From: Chlorokybus atmophyticus
Taxonomy: Eukaryota; Plantae; Mesostigma and Chlorokybus algae
NCBI GenBank assembly: GCA_009103225.1
Contig: RHPI01003511.1
Span: 1 to 64,000 of the forward strand
Reading direction: 5' to 3'
Length of the DNA stretch: 64,000 nucleotides
This document shows, piece after piece, positions 34,605 to 48,072 of the stretch. Every line of letters begins with the position of its first letter. Position 1 is the stretch's first letter. The notes below the pieces were generated by a model, which worked only from the letters and a program-made list of their open reading frames with translations, was not told the DNA's origin and did no database searches. Made by a program: the position numbers and the translations under genes.

Positions 34605-35130
34605 TGTAACGGGAGCAATAATAATAGGGGTATTATTGCTACCTAAATAACACATTTTGTATGAATAAGTATTCAAATATGCTTATTTATACCTCTTTTC
34701 TACGGTTCCTCGCTTATTAAAGGCTACGATGCTTTATCATAGCTTAAATAAGTCCCAATGGGTGTAGAACCGCTTATTCAAGCCTATTTAGTGTCACATT
34801 TGATATAATGTGATCACTATCTCGTTAGGTACCTTACGATAGGTATCTTTGGATAGGTACCTTATCGATAGGTACCTTATCTGAGCTGTGATTGGCTCAC
34901 GCTAGATTTCCTAACTACCCTATCTGTAGGGTCGATGTCTAGTTGTGAGTTAATTATCGAGAGGCATATAGTTGATATACTCTTGATATAAAAGGTCACA
35001 TCAATCTGATGTGGGGACTTTCAGTTCTCTGCTCAGTGGCGGCCACGCCGTTGAAAGGCTTGTCATAGGCGGTGTGGGTGTTGGGGTAGAGGATTGAAGG
35101 GGCATCACCGGCGACGGTGGTGCTGTTACA
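34605..35130 (+). repeat. 3' LTR (526 bp)
   Basis: Near-identical to the 5' LTR and followed by the TSD CGAAT. Confidence 0.97.
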
Positions 35131-36274
35131 CGAATACGCCGATTGTAATAACTCGTCATGTGCATTACTTTTTGCATACATCACATGTGTGGGATGGACA
35201 TCAACAGGTGGAATGAACATAGTGGGAATGTTATTTATCTTGCATAAAAACATATATATATACACATATATATGTATACATATCATATTCTTTAATTGCC
35301 GTCATTTGTTAAATGCGACATGCAACACATTACGTACTTCTTAGTAACCGTCAACAATAAATAAATAAAAATGCTTGCCGTGTGTGATTGGATTTCTGCA
35401 TCTGATATGATTTATCTGACATATAGACTTATACATTTGTGTGTATACCTTAATATTTATTTATTAAACCACATTTACATTGCTTTTATCGCAGCAACGG
35501 TAATAATAGGTTATGGTATGTCATAATGCAATATTTAATACATCGATGTTTAATGACATTAATCGATCATAGTGTTAACCAATATATATATCACAACGTA
35601 CTTGAATTAAAAATATGCATCAATCTTAAGGTATTGATAAAAAATATGATATTATGATATTAACTCCTTATGCTATACTTTTGGTCAAGCCCTTGATCGT
35701 GATGTTGTAATAGTATCATAACGAACCGGCAACAATTAACATAACAAGATGGATCAATCTGACGTATAATGTATAAAAAGTTACTGATGTGTACAAATAC
35801 TATTATACTAACTACATGCCCATGACAAGAATATATCATCAACTAAACATGACAGTTACACTCGTTGCAGACAATGGTTGTTTACCAGATGAAGCATGTG
35901 AATGTCTCATCTTCCCAATTTGCCGGTATGCCTCAAGTGACGAGCCTTGAGACTTGGAGGCATACATGAATGCTCTCTCTCCGAGCATGGCACGGCCTTT
36001 GCGACCGAAAATAGCGCTGTCAGACACAACCCCCAGTTGGTCGCCAACGCCCTGACACTAACGTTAGCGGTCCCGAGCCAAACAACTGCCCTGCATCACG
36101 TAATATTAGTTATATCGCAGCAGCCAAAATAGGCGTGCGACACACATACACACAGTGGTCAACTGTGTGTGAGTTTGTGCTTCGGCGTCAATCTTGCTGT
36201 TGTGGGCGGCGGCGGCAGCGGTGGCAGGGTTGAGCGGTGAGACACACACGCAAGCAACTCTCCTTCAGTCCACC

Positions 36275-37176
36275 ATGGCTGTCCCCGTCCAGCATGGCGT
36301 CTGGAGCACCGGCCTGTTCGGTTGCTTCAGCGACTGCAGCATCATGATGTACGGATGCTGCTGCACCGCCTGCGCATACGGAGACAACGCAGACAAAGTG
36401 CGGGGAGGAGGATGCTGCGGACCATGCTGCCTGTAAGGACACTCTCCCCAACTCCTTTGCCCACTCCTCCTTGTCCTGCCTGCCTGACTGTGTGCTCTCA
36501 ATGTGTCATTGCTCCCCGTGCTCGCAAGTTGTTACGTAATGCGCTGAGCAATGGGCGCAACGGGGCTATTCAGGCTGGGGGCTTGCTTGCATAGTTGAGC
36601 GTGAGAGTGTAATGTGAGTTGGGATGTGTCCAACTACTAGTTTACTGAAAGACTCCTGTCTGTTGTGGTTCAGGTACATGATCTTCCCTTGCTGCGCCAT
36701 CTTGTGCTGCGCCCCTCAGGTGCGAGCGGAGCTGCGCGGCAAGTTCGGCCTCCAGGTACGTATTGACCTTGTGCTTGTGCTTGCGTGCGTGCATTGGTCA
36801 GCAACCCTGCAGCAACAACAACTGACCCTGTGACTGTGAACACAACAGCCCGAGCCCTGCGGTGATTGCTGCGTGCACTTCTTCTGCAGCGCGTGCGCCG
36901 TATGCCAGGAAGGACGTGAGCTCAAGGTATGGATTTTGTTGTGCTTACTGCTAGCCAATCCCTTTTACCCTTTTTGCGAGTGCCAAGTTGTAATGGCTTC
37001 ACAAAACTGCATTCCTCCACATAGGATCAGTGAGTGAAGTTTCTCAATGTGGGTTTGTTGTTGTCAAACAGAATCGTGGCGTGGTGAACTTCCAGCCTCA
37101 GAATGTGGTGGTGATGGCCGCCCCTCAGACCATGATCATGGCGGCTCAGCCCCAGAACTACCCTCCCCCCCACTAG
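36275..37176 (+). CDS. PLAC8 family cysteine-rich protein (PCR/FW2.2-like), 4 exons
   Basis: [27 protein letters not shown]...[43 protein letters not shown]/...[12 protein letters not shown]. Confidence 0.93.
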
Positions 37177-38487
37177 ATATGTGTCGCCCGGTAATGGCGC
37201 TCCTGATTGGGAGCGCTGACTCAAGACGTGTACAACTAGAGGTAGCTATTGCACCACATTAGACCAAAGAAAAGTCGCTTCCCTGAAGGCGATGATTGGC
37301 CACATATTGAGCAGGTACATATGCACACTCGGAACCTGTACTTCTGTGTAACCATAAAACAAAAGGCTTGCTGCTTTGCATCTGCTCGCAACTGCTTGTA
37401 CTGCTGGCCGGATTGGCAGTAGTGAGGACCAGAACGAGTTGTCTGCTAACCAAGCTGCACCAAAAGTGCCTATTACTGAAGCTCTGTGCTTGTTGAGCTA
37501 GCACTTCAGAAGACATAACGCGTTCCTCCCCTGCCTGCCCTCGCTGTCTGCTGTTCGCTGTAACTTGTGTGTGTTCGTGCATAGTGCGATACTGCAAGTA
37601 TACTCCCTGATGATGAGACAACACGTGGCGCCGTATGTGCTGTCTTCCTTCTCTCTATTCTCTTACACATGTGCACGAATGCTGTCCACCATTTGTTTAG
37701 CGATGACACAAGGCCATTTCGAGGTACTGATCACGTGCTGGTATTTCCTAATGAACCAATGTTCACCTGTGCAGCCGAGTCAGCATGGGCTGGTAGAATT
37801 TACATGTTGGAACATTGATTGGCAACACATGTCGTGCAGGTTACACGACATACATTGCAGGTTGCATGTACATACAATGCGAAACGGCAATGTGTAGAAA
37901 GGTCTAAGACACTGCATCTGGCAACTGCAGGTTGTCGCTCCAATGTCGTTTGTTGTATTGTTACACATGGGATACCCCGTACACAAACCAGCAAGTCGTG
38001 ACGTCCACATGTCACATGGGGCCACCTGCCAAACGCGTGACTGCATATGATGGGTAAGCTGGTATGATTGCGCATATACATTCACTACGCACTAGGATCG
38101 GTTTTATGCTGCACACTGTGCAGCAGGCACATGCATGAGAGTCTGCTGTGCTTGCAAGGACATATTATCCTGCATACTGCGCAGCGCGAGGAGAACCTGA
38201 AAGCTACCCAACTTAATAACATGCAACAGTTGCACAAGGCAGAGACGATAACAGCAACTTCCAAGCCACACAACAGATGGGGGCAGCTGTGCATGTCCCA
38301 CCCGTAGTCAGTGCACCACTCTGTATGGTCACCGTGCAGTAGCAAACCAAAAAAACAAGCTGGAGGCGTGTCTATGTCACAGGGAGAAAGCTCACACGTG
38401 GTCGGCCTGGATGCCCTTCTGCCCGCAAACCGGGATATATACACCACCCTCTCACACTGGCTGTGAGTGGGAAGCAGGGACTTGACT

Positions 38488-41000
38488 TCACTTCTTCTCA
38501 GAGCGCAGGCTTGACTCGGTCGTGGGCGGGCCCTCATGGCCGGCAGGCTTGTCACCACCGCCGCCGCCGCCACTGGGCTTCTCGCCGGCGGGTGGCTCGC
38601 GAGTTGCTCCCGAGTGGGGCAGACCACGCTCCTTGGCGTACAGGTCGGGGCGCAGCACCACACGGAACTTGGCTTGGCTCTTGGAAACCTTTGCGATACC
38701 ATCATTGACCTTGTCGAGTGGAATCTCCTCATCGATTACTGGCAGGATGTTGTGTTCCGCAGCGAACTTCAGCATGTCGCGGGTCTGCGTGTACATGCCA
38801 CACGTTAATAAGCAATGGTAGCATTGACAGATGTGAAGCCTGCTCGTGCACACGCTCATGCCAAGGAATCTATAGAAGGCGTATAGTGATGCACAACATG
38901 CACCTGTTTGCGGGATCCCACCCAGATGCCAATGATCTGGCGCTCATAGTAGCACATGTTGAACTCCGTCACATTGAAAGGCTCCTTCTTGCTGGAGATA
39001 CCAATCTGAAGCAGGAAAGCAGCATTAGGGTTAGGGTTAGGGCCCTTAAATGCGCAGCTTGGCTGCTATGCTTCACCATCTCTATGGAGTGACTATACTC
39101 GCGCATTAATGGCTTGCCTGGCAGAGCTTCCCACGAGGCTTGAGCATCCAGAGGAGCTCGTCGTAGTCGCGCCAGCGGGGGTTGCAGTCGGCGATGACAT
39201 CAAAGCGCCACGAGGCTTCCTGAATGGCGTTCTTGTCGTGGGCGTCTATGATGTGGTCCGCCCCAAGCTTCTTTGCATCCTCCGCCTTGAACTCGGGATG
39301 GCCCGTGATCGCAGTCACTTCGTTTCCAAAAGCCTTTGCAAACTGCACTGCCAGATGACCCAAGCCGCCAATGCTTGAAACTGCAACCTTCAAGCCGCCC
39401 TGGCTGGCGTAGCGGGACAGTGGGTTGTATACTGTCACGCCAGCGCAAAGCAGCGGAGCCGCCTGAGAACATGGAAGTGTCAGTGCAAACCCCTGCACTA
39501 CGTGCATGTCGTGCAGACTGGCTGTTTGTTGCAAGCCCTGTTTGAGAGACTTCACCACATCTCACCAGTTGTACTCTATCCCTCTCCCTCTCTCATACAA
39601 GTATCTGCCTTTCCTCTCCCGTTCTCTTACACCCAACACCCAACGCCCTGTGTCTCTGCGAACCTGGCGGCTTGGAATTTTGTCAGGGATCTTGAAGGCG
39701 TAGTATGCAGGCGCCTGCAGCTGAGTCGAATAGCCACCGAAGGCCGGATCGTAGCTGCGAGACAAGTATGCAACACATGAATGATGATGCTCGTTGGCCA
39801 TCAGCAAGTATGATAGCTCGATTGGCCACGACTTACATCAGCTTCCAGCCTGGCTTGTTCTGCTCCAACTCCACCTGCAGGGAGTCCACATTGAGTGCAT
39901 AAACCGGCAAGGTGATGAGCATGCGGTACTACTACACAGCGCACATCCAAAGCGGGGCAGGACAGAACGTACGTTGATGCAAAGGTGGTCATTATCAGAC
40001 TTGCAGTACTCGCAGTGGCCGCAGCAGTTGCGGTGTGGGCCAAAGCCAACACGCTCGCCAACTTGCCACTCATCGCCCACAGCCTTGCCCTTCTCGCGTA
40101 CAATCCCAAGAATCTGCAGGTATAGAAGTAGCCTCAGCTGAGCTGCACTCATCATACCAGTGATACCACCCTGCAGTGAACAACAACAACAAGGTGTCAC
40201 AACATGGTGGCTTTCCTACCTCGTGGCCAGGGACGATGGGCCAGATGTGAGGAACGGGCCAGTCCTCGTTGGCGAAATGGATATCAGTGTGGCAAATGCT
40301 GGAGTGAGTGACGTCGATGCGAAGGTCACCCTCGCCCAGCGGAGGGTGCTTGAACAGAATCTCTTTGAAAGGCAGTCTGGGCCCCTCTACACCAAAAGCT
40401 GCTGCATCTGCGTCCTCCTTCTTGACATAGATGATGTTCTTGGAGGGGTGCTCCTGCGTCATAGCCTAGTGTTAGTCTTGACTCGAGTGTGCTAGGGTTG
40501 CTTCAACAACAGTCAAGTGAAAAACGTTTCGAGTCTGCATCCAACCGTGTGTCATGCACAAACGAAGGAAACAGCCAGGCAGGCAGGCAGGCGCGCAAGA
40601 ACATGAGCATGAGCTTTACCCACAACAACACTCGCGGGCATGCGAGCTCTAGTACCCATTTGGAGTTGAATGCATGCTGACAGGCACATGCAAGAAGAGC
40701 AGTCCGTGCATGGCGTGAAACACAATGCATAGGTGACAGACCACGCGACCCAACCGGCAACTGTCACAGCTTGCAGTCGCTTACCACTGGGCCCTTCACA
40801 GCATCCTTTGCTTGGGACACAGTCGAGTAGACGGCCTCTGCGGCCTGCCTGATGGCGTCCATGGGGCGGCTGGGGAAGAACGGCAGGAAGCCGACGGTGC
40901 GGTCGTAGACGCTGGCGACGAGGGCGGCGGCGAACCAGGCCGGGAGAGCTACGCTGTAAAAGATCCACAAGCCAGCTATCTTAGCGAGGGTGGAAGGCAT
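38488..41000 (-). CDS. Zinc-dependent CAD-like/NADP alcohol dehydrogenase (MDR) with hydrophobic N-terminal extension
   Basis: SICHTD, PIVPGHE, structural Zn CGHCEYC...HLC, APLLCAGVTVY, IGGLGHLAVQFAKAFG, FRVVL. The upstream exon (41000-40786) splices in frame (GPV|AMTQEHP). Confidence 0.9.
39025..39042 (+). repeat. Short interstitial (TTAGGG)3 within a dehydrogenase intron
   Basis: ttagggttagggttaggg, about 20-35 nt upstream of the minus-strand 3' splice site at 39006. Confidence 0.9.
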
Positions 41001-41546
41001 CCCAGTCGTCAGCAAGAGAGCCGGAGGGGATTGGATTTATGCCGTGCAGAGGAGGAGACAACGGCACCGCCATCACCGCCTGGGATGCGTGAAGGGACGT
41101 CAAGCTTGCGCCAGGCCTGATGCTGACATGACACTTGTGCCTACCGACGTCAGCCTGTCGCAATCGCACACAGCCTGCCACCAGCTGTGCGGAGGTGATG
41201 TCGCACAATGCACCAACCGGCGGTGCGCTCACAGCAACAGGCTCAAGTTACACATGCCCACGTGATAGCTGTTGCCTGAAAACTTTGTTACCTGTCAACA
41301 CCCTGTCAGTTTGTGTCAGGTCCTACGCGAGCTGCAGCCTGTCTGCCTACAGCTGGTGTCTCTGTCAAACACTGATACGACATGACACAATAAATGTGAA
41401 AGGCTTTCGAGTCAGAACGCCATCAGCTCGCAGCAACGGAAGGGAGCAATGAAAATGATGGCAGTCCTTCACGCAAGCAAAGCAAAGTTACAATGCACAA
41501 ACGGAGCTCCACGGTGTTAGAACCAGTGCTGCTACAGCACAATCAA

Positions 41547-43038
41547 TCATACACGGAACATGTTTTGTAGACTACTTTGCAAGGTGGAGCCTATAGCTTG
41601 ATGTGCGAACTCTGATATCTTTTTCTTGGCATCTGCGAAGGGGCAAAATCATGGTATGAGGTTGGCATGAACGACTGGTACGCTTGTATGCCAGCATGGT
41701 CTCCCTTAGCTGATCAATCAACAAGTGAGAGATGCTCCCTCTGACCTTTTCTGCATTTGGTGTAGCCAACAATGTTGCTGATACTCAGCACGAGCGCCAC
41801 CGCCACGATCAAAAGGTAGTCAAAGTTGAACTTGATGATGCCAATGATACCGAGCGCCAACCAAGCCAGTGGCTGAGTAGACGAAGATTGAGAGGGGTTA
41901 TGCTGTGCAGCATGCAACTACAGCCGCTTGATGTGGTTCAAACAAGGCTACTGGTTGCAATTTGGCACATGAGTCCTGACGACCACGTTCACTCCCAGGT
42001 GCCAGCACTGCCAACACTGTAGCACGCTCACCAAAAACCAGCAAGCTACTCTCTGGATATGACGCTGGTCTCTACAATCCGTATGCAATCCACTGTGTGA
42101 GACTTACCGTGCCATACAATGTCCACCAGAACAACCACGAGTCCTTCTTGCTGATGCCAGCCATGCCCTGCAAACAGATACCTTGTTATGCTCAGCTGAG
42201 ACCAAGTGCTTGATCTATGCAAGTTCGAAACCAATAAACTGTAAATTGACTTCTCTCAGTAACCAGCAGTACCGTCTGGTCCAATGCCTCAAACCGCCAC
42301 TGTGACTCCCCATTTTCTCCAACCTCATTCCACCAGCGAAGGCCGACCATGATGCGGCCAGTAACATTTTTGACAGTCCAGAAATCGAACGCGAGCAGGA
42401 GTATGATAACTACAAAGTTGATGATGAATGAGGAGCTGAAGATGCCGCAGAAGATGTACACCAACACTGCTGCGACCTGTGTTGCACAGTGCCAGTAATT
42501 TATGTTTGTTACTTGATGAAGCGTTCCACCAAAAACCTAGTGACAGACTGGAAGCAACTATGCCACCACACTCGCCCAATTCGTGTGGAAGACCTAAGCG
42601 CACATGCAGAATGCAACATCCACCCACCCACCCCACCCTTACCCCAGAACAACACAGATACACGTGGAACATGTGTCTGTGTTCTTGCTGCAAACAACTG
42701 CAGCATGTAGCGTGGGAACGAACCAAGATGGCACGCAGGAGTCACCACCAATGCGAACATTGCTGTAGCTACTGCAGAACAGATGTGCTAAATGTGACAG
42801 GACTATTCGTTCGTTGGCTCTTGCAATTGTAGGTGAGCAGCACAACCGACCAGGACAGTATACAATGCGACACAGGAGAAGATGGTGTACTGAGGGCTGC
42901 TGCAAGTTATACATACACAACTGCCACCTTGATCTGAACCCAGCTCACTTGCCTTGAACAGGACGTGGAAAAACGCTGCCACAGGGTGCGAATACTTGAC
43001 CACGGGCTGGTCTACAGCGGCGGGTTGCACGTCTGCCT
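41547..43038 (-). CDS. TVP23: Golgi membrane protein TVP23/ECHIDNA; first exon not located (probably up to about 43800)
   Basis: SHPVAAFFHVLFK, LLLAFDFWTVKNVTGRIMVGLRWWNEVGENGESQWRFE, DSWLFWWTLY, DYLLIVAVALVLSISNIVGYTKC, DAKKKISEFAHQAIGSTLQSSLQNMFRV*. Confidence 0.93.
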
Positions 43039-43820
43039 GAAAGGTGCAAATCTCTTTAGCGACTGCAGTGCACCTTGTAATTGAAAAGCTACTAAGGAAT
43101 CGCCGTACTCTTAGTAAATTACCAAGAAATACAAAAACAGCGACCGAGCACGACACAACAATGTGCACATTGTTGTGTCGCGCTCGTTCGCTGTGTCTGT
43201 ATTTCTAACTCTTGTACAGTATATGTGACAGGAATTTGGGACTGTTGGTAGAGGATCCTACTTGAAATGTGAGTAAGAGTTCATGACCAGTAACTGGACA
43301 ACACCTTGTACGCAGCAAGGCTACTGCACGGGCAGTGAAGCTGGTAAGGTCTACAAAGCACCAGCACATATAACAGCATGCTTCTTGCCCAGGTGCGTGC
43401 AATGCATGTACGTGTAATTGCAATGCGTCAGTGCCATACCATAGCAGAAATATTAGCTTAGTTGCTTGTCTTTCAGCTTGAATGACATGCTGACCAATGC
43501 ATAGCACGATGCTCTTCCAATTCAGGAAGTTGTTTGACCAGCAGCTTGACCCATTGATAAAGCGCAGGCTCCATAGCTGACCATAACTGCTGGGGACCGC
43601 CCCCTCAATCTAGCTCTCAGACACTTTCAGACATCACAGCAGCAGCATCGCCAGGCACTTCTCGACCAGGCCTCCTCCCGCCACCACCGGCGCTACTACC
43701 TGCCAGCTTACTGCGACTGCACATGACAGTTGCAGCGTTGTTGTGCTGCAACGCGTCATAAACTGCCTTGAGAGCGTTGTTGATGGTGTTGCGGGTAGCG
43801 TTGTGCCAAACCCTGGCATG

Positions 43821-43829
43821 AAACCCTAA
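43821..43829 (+). promoter_or_regulatory. Telo-box (AAACCCTAA) in the TVP23/SMU2 divergent promoter
   Basis: Exact AAACCCTAA 60 bp upstream of the SMU2 ATG. Confidence 0.65.
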
Positions 43830-43888
43830 AAACTCTACCAGGCCATGCCGGACTAGCCCAGGCCGGGCTGTGCGGCGGCGTAGGCGAG

Positions 43889-46800
43889 ATGGCGGTGGAT
43901 GCGTACGACGACGATGCAGGCGCTATGCTGCCGCCACCGCCTCGGCGCGGTGGCGGTGCTGGGGGTGGGAGCGCCAGGCCGTTGTCGAACGATGATTTCC
44001 GCCGCATGGTCATGGATACCCCCAGGAGGGGCGAAGGAGAGAAGAAGACACAACAGCAGAAGAAGTCAAGGTATTAAGTTTTTGGTCATTCCTTGTTCCG
44101 CATGTGCACCTGCAGCCCTGTGTCATTCCGCTATGTCGAAGAGAATGCAATACGCCTATCCGTTGCGTCCGGTTGTTTCTGTGTGCACTATATGTTGCTA
44201 CGAAGTCGTGGGCGACACAGCGCACACTGGAAGTGTGCACAGCAAATCGCAGTTACCAATTTGCAGCTGGCTGGTGATAATGCGAGTGCATACAAGCGTG
44301 TGCTAGTTACCTGCATGCGCAGTGTGTTATGTGCGCAGTCTCAGATTCTACTGTAGCTGTAGATTGCTCTCAAAAAAGAAAGGTCGCAAATCAGCGTAGC
44401 TTTGAGGTCAAGCTTTGTGGTCGTGTTCAGTCGGCCAATATCATATACACAGGGCTAATTAACTTCAACGAGTGCGAGGAGCACTTGGGTGAGCATTAGC
44501 CAAGTGCTTATTCTTCAATCATGCAGCCAACAGCAGCCATCAGCAGCGTGTCCTGGTCATTGAGGAGTAGTGTTGTGTGCTAATAGCAGACGCATGCTGA
44601 ATGAAATGCAAACCCAAAGAAATGACCAACGTGTGGTGCAGTGGACAGAAGAAGGATGACGAAGATGGCCCAAAGAAACCGAAGTGGAAGAAGCCAAAGC
44701 CAAAGCCTGGCACAGAGGAGTAAGAGCTTGTGCTGGTTGGCATTGGTCAGAGTTGTATTTTCCTGCTCTTGTGATGGACCTTGAAACCATCTTTGGTACG
44801 CGCAGGGACGAGGAGAATCCTTTGTCGTCCAGTTACAGAGATCGGGCTAAAGAGCGTCGCGAAGAAAAGAATCCTGACTATGTCGGCATGGATTTGGAGA
44901 TTAATACCTTCAGCGCTGTCGCCCCACCAACTGACTACATTGAGTAAGAGCGGTTGTGCATGCTACATGTGTCAGCTTGCATGCGCCTTCCGTGTTGCTC
45001 AGTGCTTAAGCCAGTAATATGCTGTGCAGCCCTGCGCAAGTGCAGAAAATGTCCATCGAGAATAGCAAGTACCTTGGAGGTACGCCAACAGCTGACCGGT
45101 AGTGTTGCGTGTTGCGTGGTCAGCAGTTTTAGTACATCGAACTGCAGGTGATCTTGAGCACACTCATTTGGTGAAGGGGCTGGATTTCGCTCTGCTACAG
45201 AAGATCCGCAGTGAGATGCATAAGGAAGAAGCGGAGGGTGTATCCAGAGAGTGAGTCTGCATGGCAGGTTTTGCTTACGGACTGACTGCAACTGCAACCT
45301 GAAGTAACATAGATGCATGCTGCGGGTGGGATTGCAACTTGTCAAAACATTCTTTTGTGCATATCTATTTGCGCTTGTGTTAATGAGTTGACCTTGTTGT
45401 GCAGAGTCAAAGAAGACAAAGTCACACCAGATCAGCCTGTGCGGTTCCAGACAGCCATGGGCAAGGTTGTCTGTTTGTGGTTGCTGTCCAGTTGGCAACG
45501 GCCTCTGCCATGGAAGTGGCTAGGCAGCAACTTAGAGTTAGTTCTTGGCAGGTTGTGTGGCAGCACCTGTTGGCCCCGCCAAAGACCCGGCCTGTCAACG
45601 AGATGTTTCTGCCAGGAAGGACAGCTTACGTCTTTGATATGGTTAGCGCTATTGGATAGTGCAGATTGGTCTTCTCACTTGCTGTGCATGGTAGCGGTTC
45701 GTGTGAGATTCTGCTGTGCTTTCTGGCTCACATGAAGCGACACTCATGCAGGAGGAAGATGCTGGTCACGATATTCCTACCACAGTGCATCGCAGCAAGA
45801 CAGATTGCCCTGCTCCTGAGGTGCAAGCGTCGTACATAACCCGCTGAACATAGAGCATGTGATTGCATGTTGACTTGGGTGGTGCTGCAGGATAGGATTA
45901 CAGCTGGCATTGATGCAGCCGTGTTAGATAGACTGGCCAAGATCATGAGCTACCTGCGCATGGGAAGCGGAAAGGGAAAGAAGCTGCGCAAGAAGGAGAA
46001 GGCCATCAATGGCGTTGCTAGCCAGAGTGATGTCGTGCGCGCAAATCTCCAATCCCTAGCGTCCTCTTCAAAGGCAGAAGCAAGCATTGGAGGTGCTGGT
46101 GCGCCTCCTCTTCCTCCTCCTCCACCTCCTCCTCAGGCAAGCCGACATTCAGTTGGCTGTAGTGTGCTGGTTGAGGGACGTGCCGTGAATGTTGCCCTGA
46201 CAAGCGTAACAACAGGTGGAGGGTAATATATTTGACGATGCCCCAAGTGAGTACGTGTGTGAGCTGCCAGAGCCTCCACCTCCGCCACCAGACTTGCCGC
46301 CCCCACCGCCTCCGCCATTTGACTGCATGCCTCCACCGCCACCCCTACCCCCGCCCCTCCCGCGCGACCTGGGTGAAGCATTGCCACCCCCACCTCCCCC
46401 GCTGCCTGTGCCCCCCCCACCGCCACCACCTGATGCCAATGCTGAGGTCAGTTGGTCTGCTGTGGAACGTGCAAATGCAACATGCATCTCCCTGGTTGGG
46501 ACTGTTGTGAGCCTGCATGGTCTTTTGCATCACACCGACTCATGATGCAGGCCTACGTGGATGAACCCATGCCAGGGCCAACCATGCCAACGCAGTTCGA
46601 GTGGCAGCAAGCACATCAACCGGATTGGCAGCAAGGCTGGGATCATGCACAGTTCGAGGCGCATTATGCGCAACAGTACGCCGAGTATCAGCAACCCGAA
46701 GCCATGGGTGACGACCAGTCCACATATGAAGCGACCAGGGCAGCATCACTAGCGTATCAAGCTGCGCAGGATCCTGCATACAAAGCCTACCTTATTGAGC

Positions 46801-47360
46801 ATGGCCTGCTCCCAGGAGGTCCCGGACAGGTTGCTGCAGAGTTGCAGGGACCCATGACGCAGGCCGAGAAAGATCGCGGGCTGGGGTCTGTGTTCAAGAG
46901 GGACGATGAGCGGTTGCAGGCGATGCGAGAGAAGGACTCCCGCGAGAAGGACCCCAACTTCATATCAGAAAGCTACTCAGAGTGCTATCCTGGCTACCAA
47001 GAGTATGCCACAGAGGTGATTGAAGGCAGCGATGATGAAGAGGACCTCACGAAGATGGACATGGGCAACAAGTTGAAGGGTCGGGTGCACAGATGGGACT
47101 TTGAAACGGAGAAGGAGTGGAATGAGTACAATGAAACCAAGGAAGCCATGCCCAAGGCTGCCTTTCAGTTTGGGGTGAAAATGGCCGATGGCAGAAAAAC
47201 CAAGAAGAACAGCAAAGATCAAAAGTTGAACAACCAGATGAACAGGATCAATCAGCTCATAAAGGCCAAAGGCAAGGACCGCGGTGACAGTGGCGGTGGT
47301 TTTGGTTTAGAAGAAATAGGGGGAGACGGGAAAGAACAGCGCAAGAGGTTGAAAGTTTGA
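43889..47360 (+). CDS. SMU2: RED/IK-family spliceosomal protein (SMU2)
   Basis: LSNDDFRRMVMDTPR, YRDRAKERREEKNPDY, SKYLGGDLEHTHLVKGLDFALLQKIR, FLPGRTAYVFD, ISESYSECYPG, WDFETEKEWNEYNETKEAMPKAAFQFGVKMADGRKT. Confidence 0.96.
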
Positions 47361-47863
47361 GCACTTAAGTTTGCTGATAGTGTACAGATAGATTGAGTTC
47401 GGCGTATTGTTCTTCATTAGTCATCCACCCTGCTGTGCTGCTTGTTGTAGAGCTGGTTCAGGAGTGCAGGTCTTGTATACAGAGCTTGTATACACAATGG
47501 TCCTTGGTCAGGCTACGAGGCTCATGCTGCAAATGACGCACATTATAGCATTGCATAACGCTAGACTAGCACGCACAGCATCCACATACAGCACACTACC
47601 CCACACCAACCCCACCGACCAGACCTAATCGTCGGCAAGGACGCAAGGACCCTGCGCAGTGCAGTGCTGACGTTGGCACTGCAGCGCAAGGGTGGCAGCG
47701 GCAGCAAGACCACCGCGGGGTGGCTCATGCGCAGAGGGTTTGGGAGATGAGAGAGGCAGAGGAAGGGGGTGGTGGCGGAGAAGGGGGAGGAGGGGGAGGA
47801 GGGGAGGGAGTCCTGCTGGTCTTTGATGCTGCAGCAACTACGACGCTGAACAGAACTGACTGA

Positions 47864-48072
47864 AACGGCCCTGTGGGCAGGTGACACCATGTCAACATGC
47901 ATGCATGGCTAACGGGGACGGGCGGTAGTGTCATAGTGATAGTGGTTAGCCCGGTAGTGATGGTGTACAACTTGATAAACTGAATTGGTAGTGTGCATGT
48001 GAGTGTTGGTGTGCATGTGGCATATGTATGCGTGTGTCTCACACTTACACAGCACTTCACATACCCTATACA
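47864..48072 (+). repeat. About 205-bp dispersed repeat, inverted relative to 61563-61765
   Basis: aacggccctgtgggcaggtgacaccatg...cacttcacataccctataca is the reverse complement of 61563-61765, with a few substitutions and a 6-nt indel. Confidence 0.9.

Larger units (their letters stand above)
28087..35130 (+). mobile_element. Full-length Ty3/Gypsy LTR retrotransposon (chromovirus), recent insertion
   Basis: TG...CA LTRs at 28087-28612 and 34605-35130. 5-bp TSD CGAAT at 28082-28086 and 35131-35135. PBS, PPT, gag and pol (PR-RT-RH-IN-chromodomain) are all present. Confidence 0.98.
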
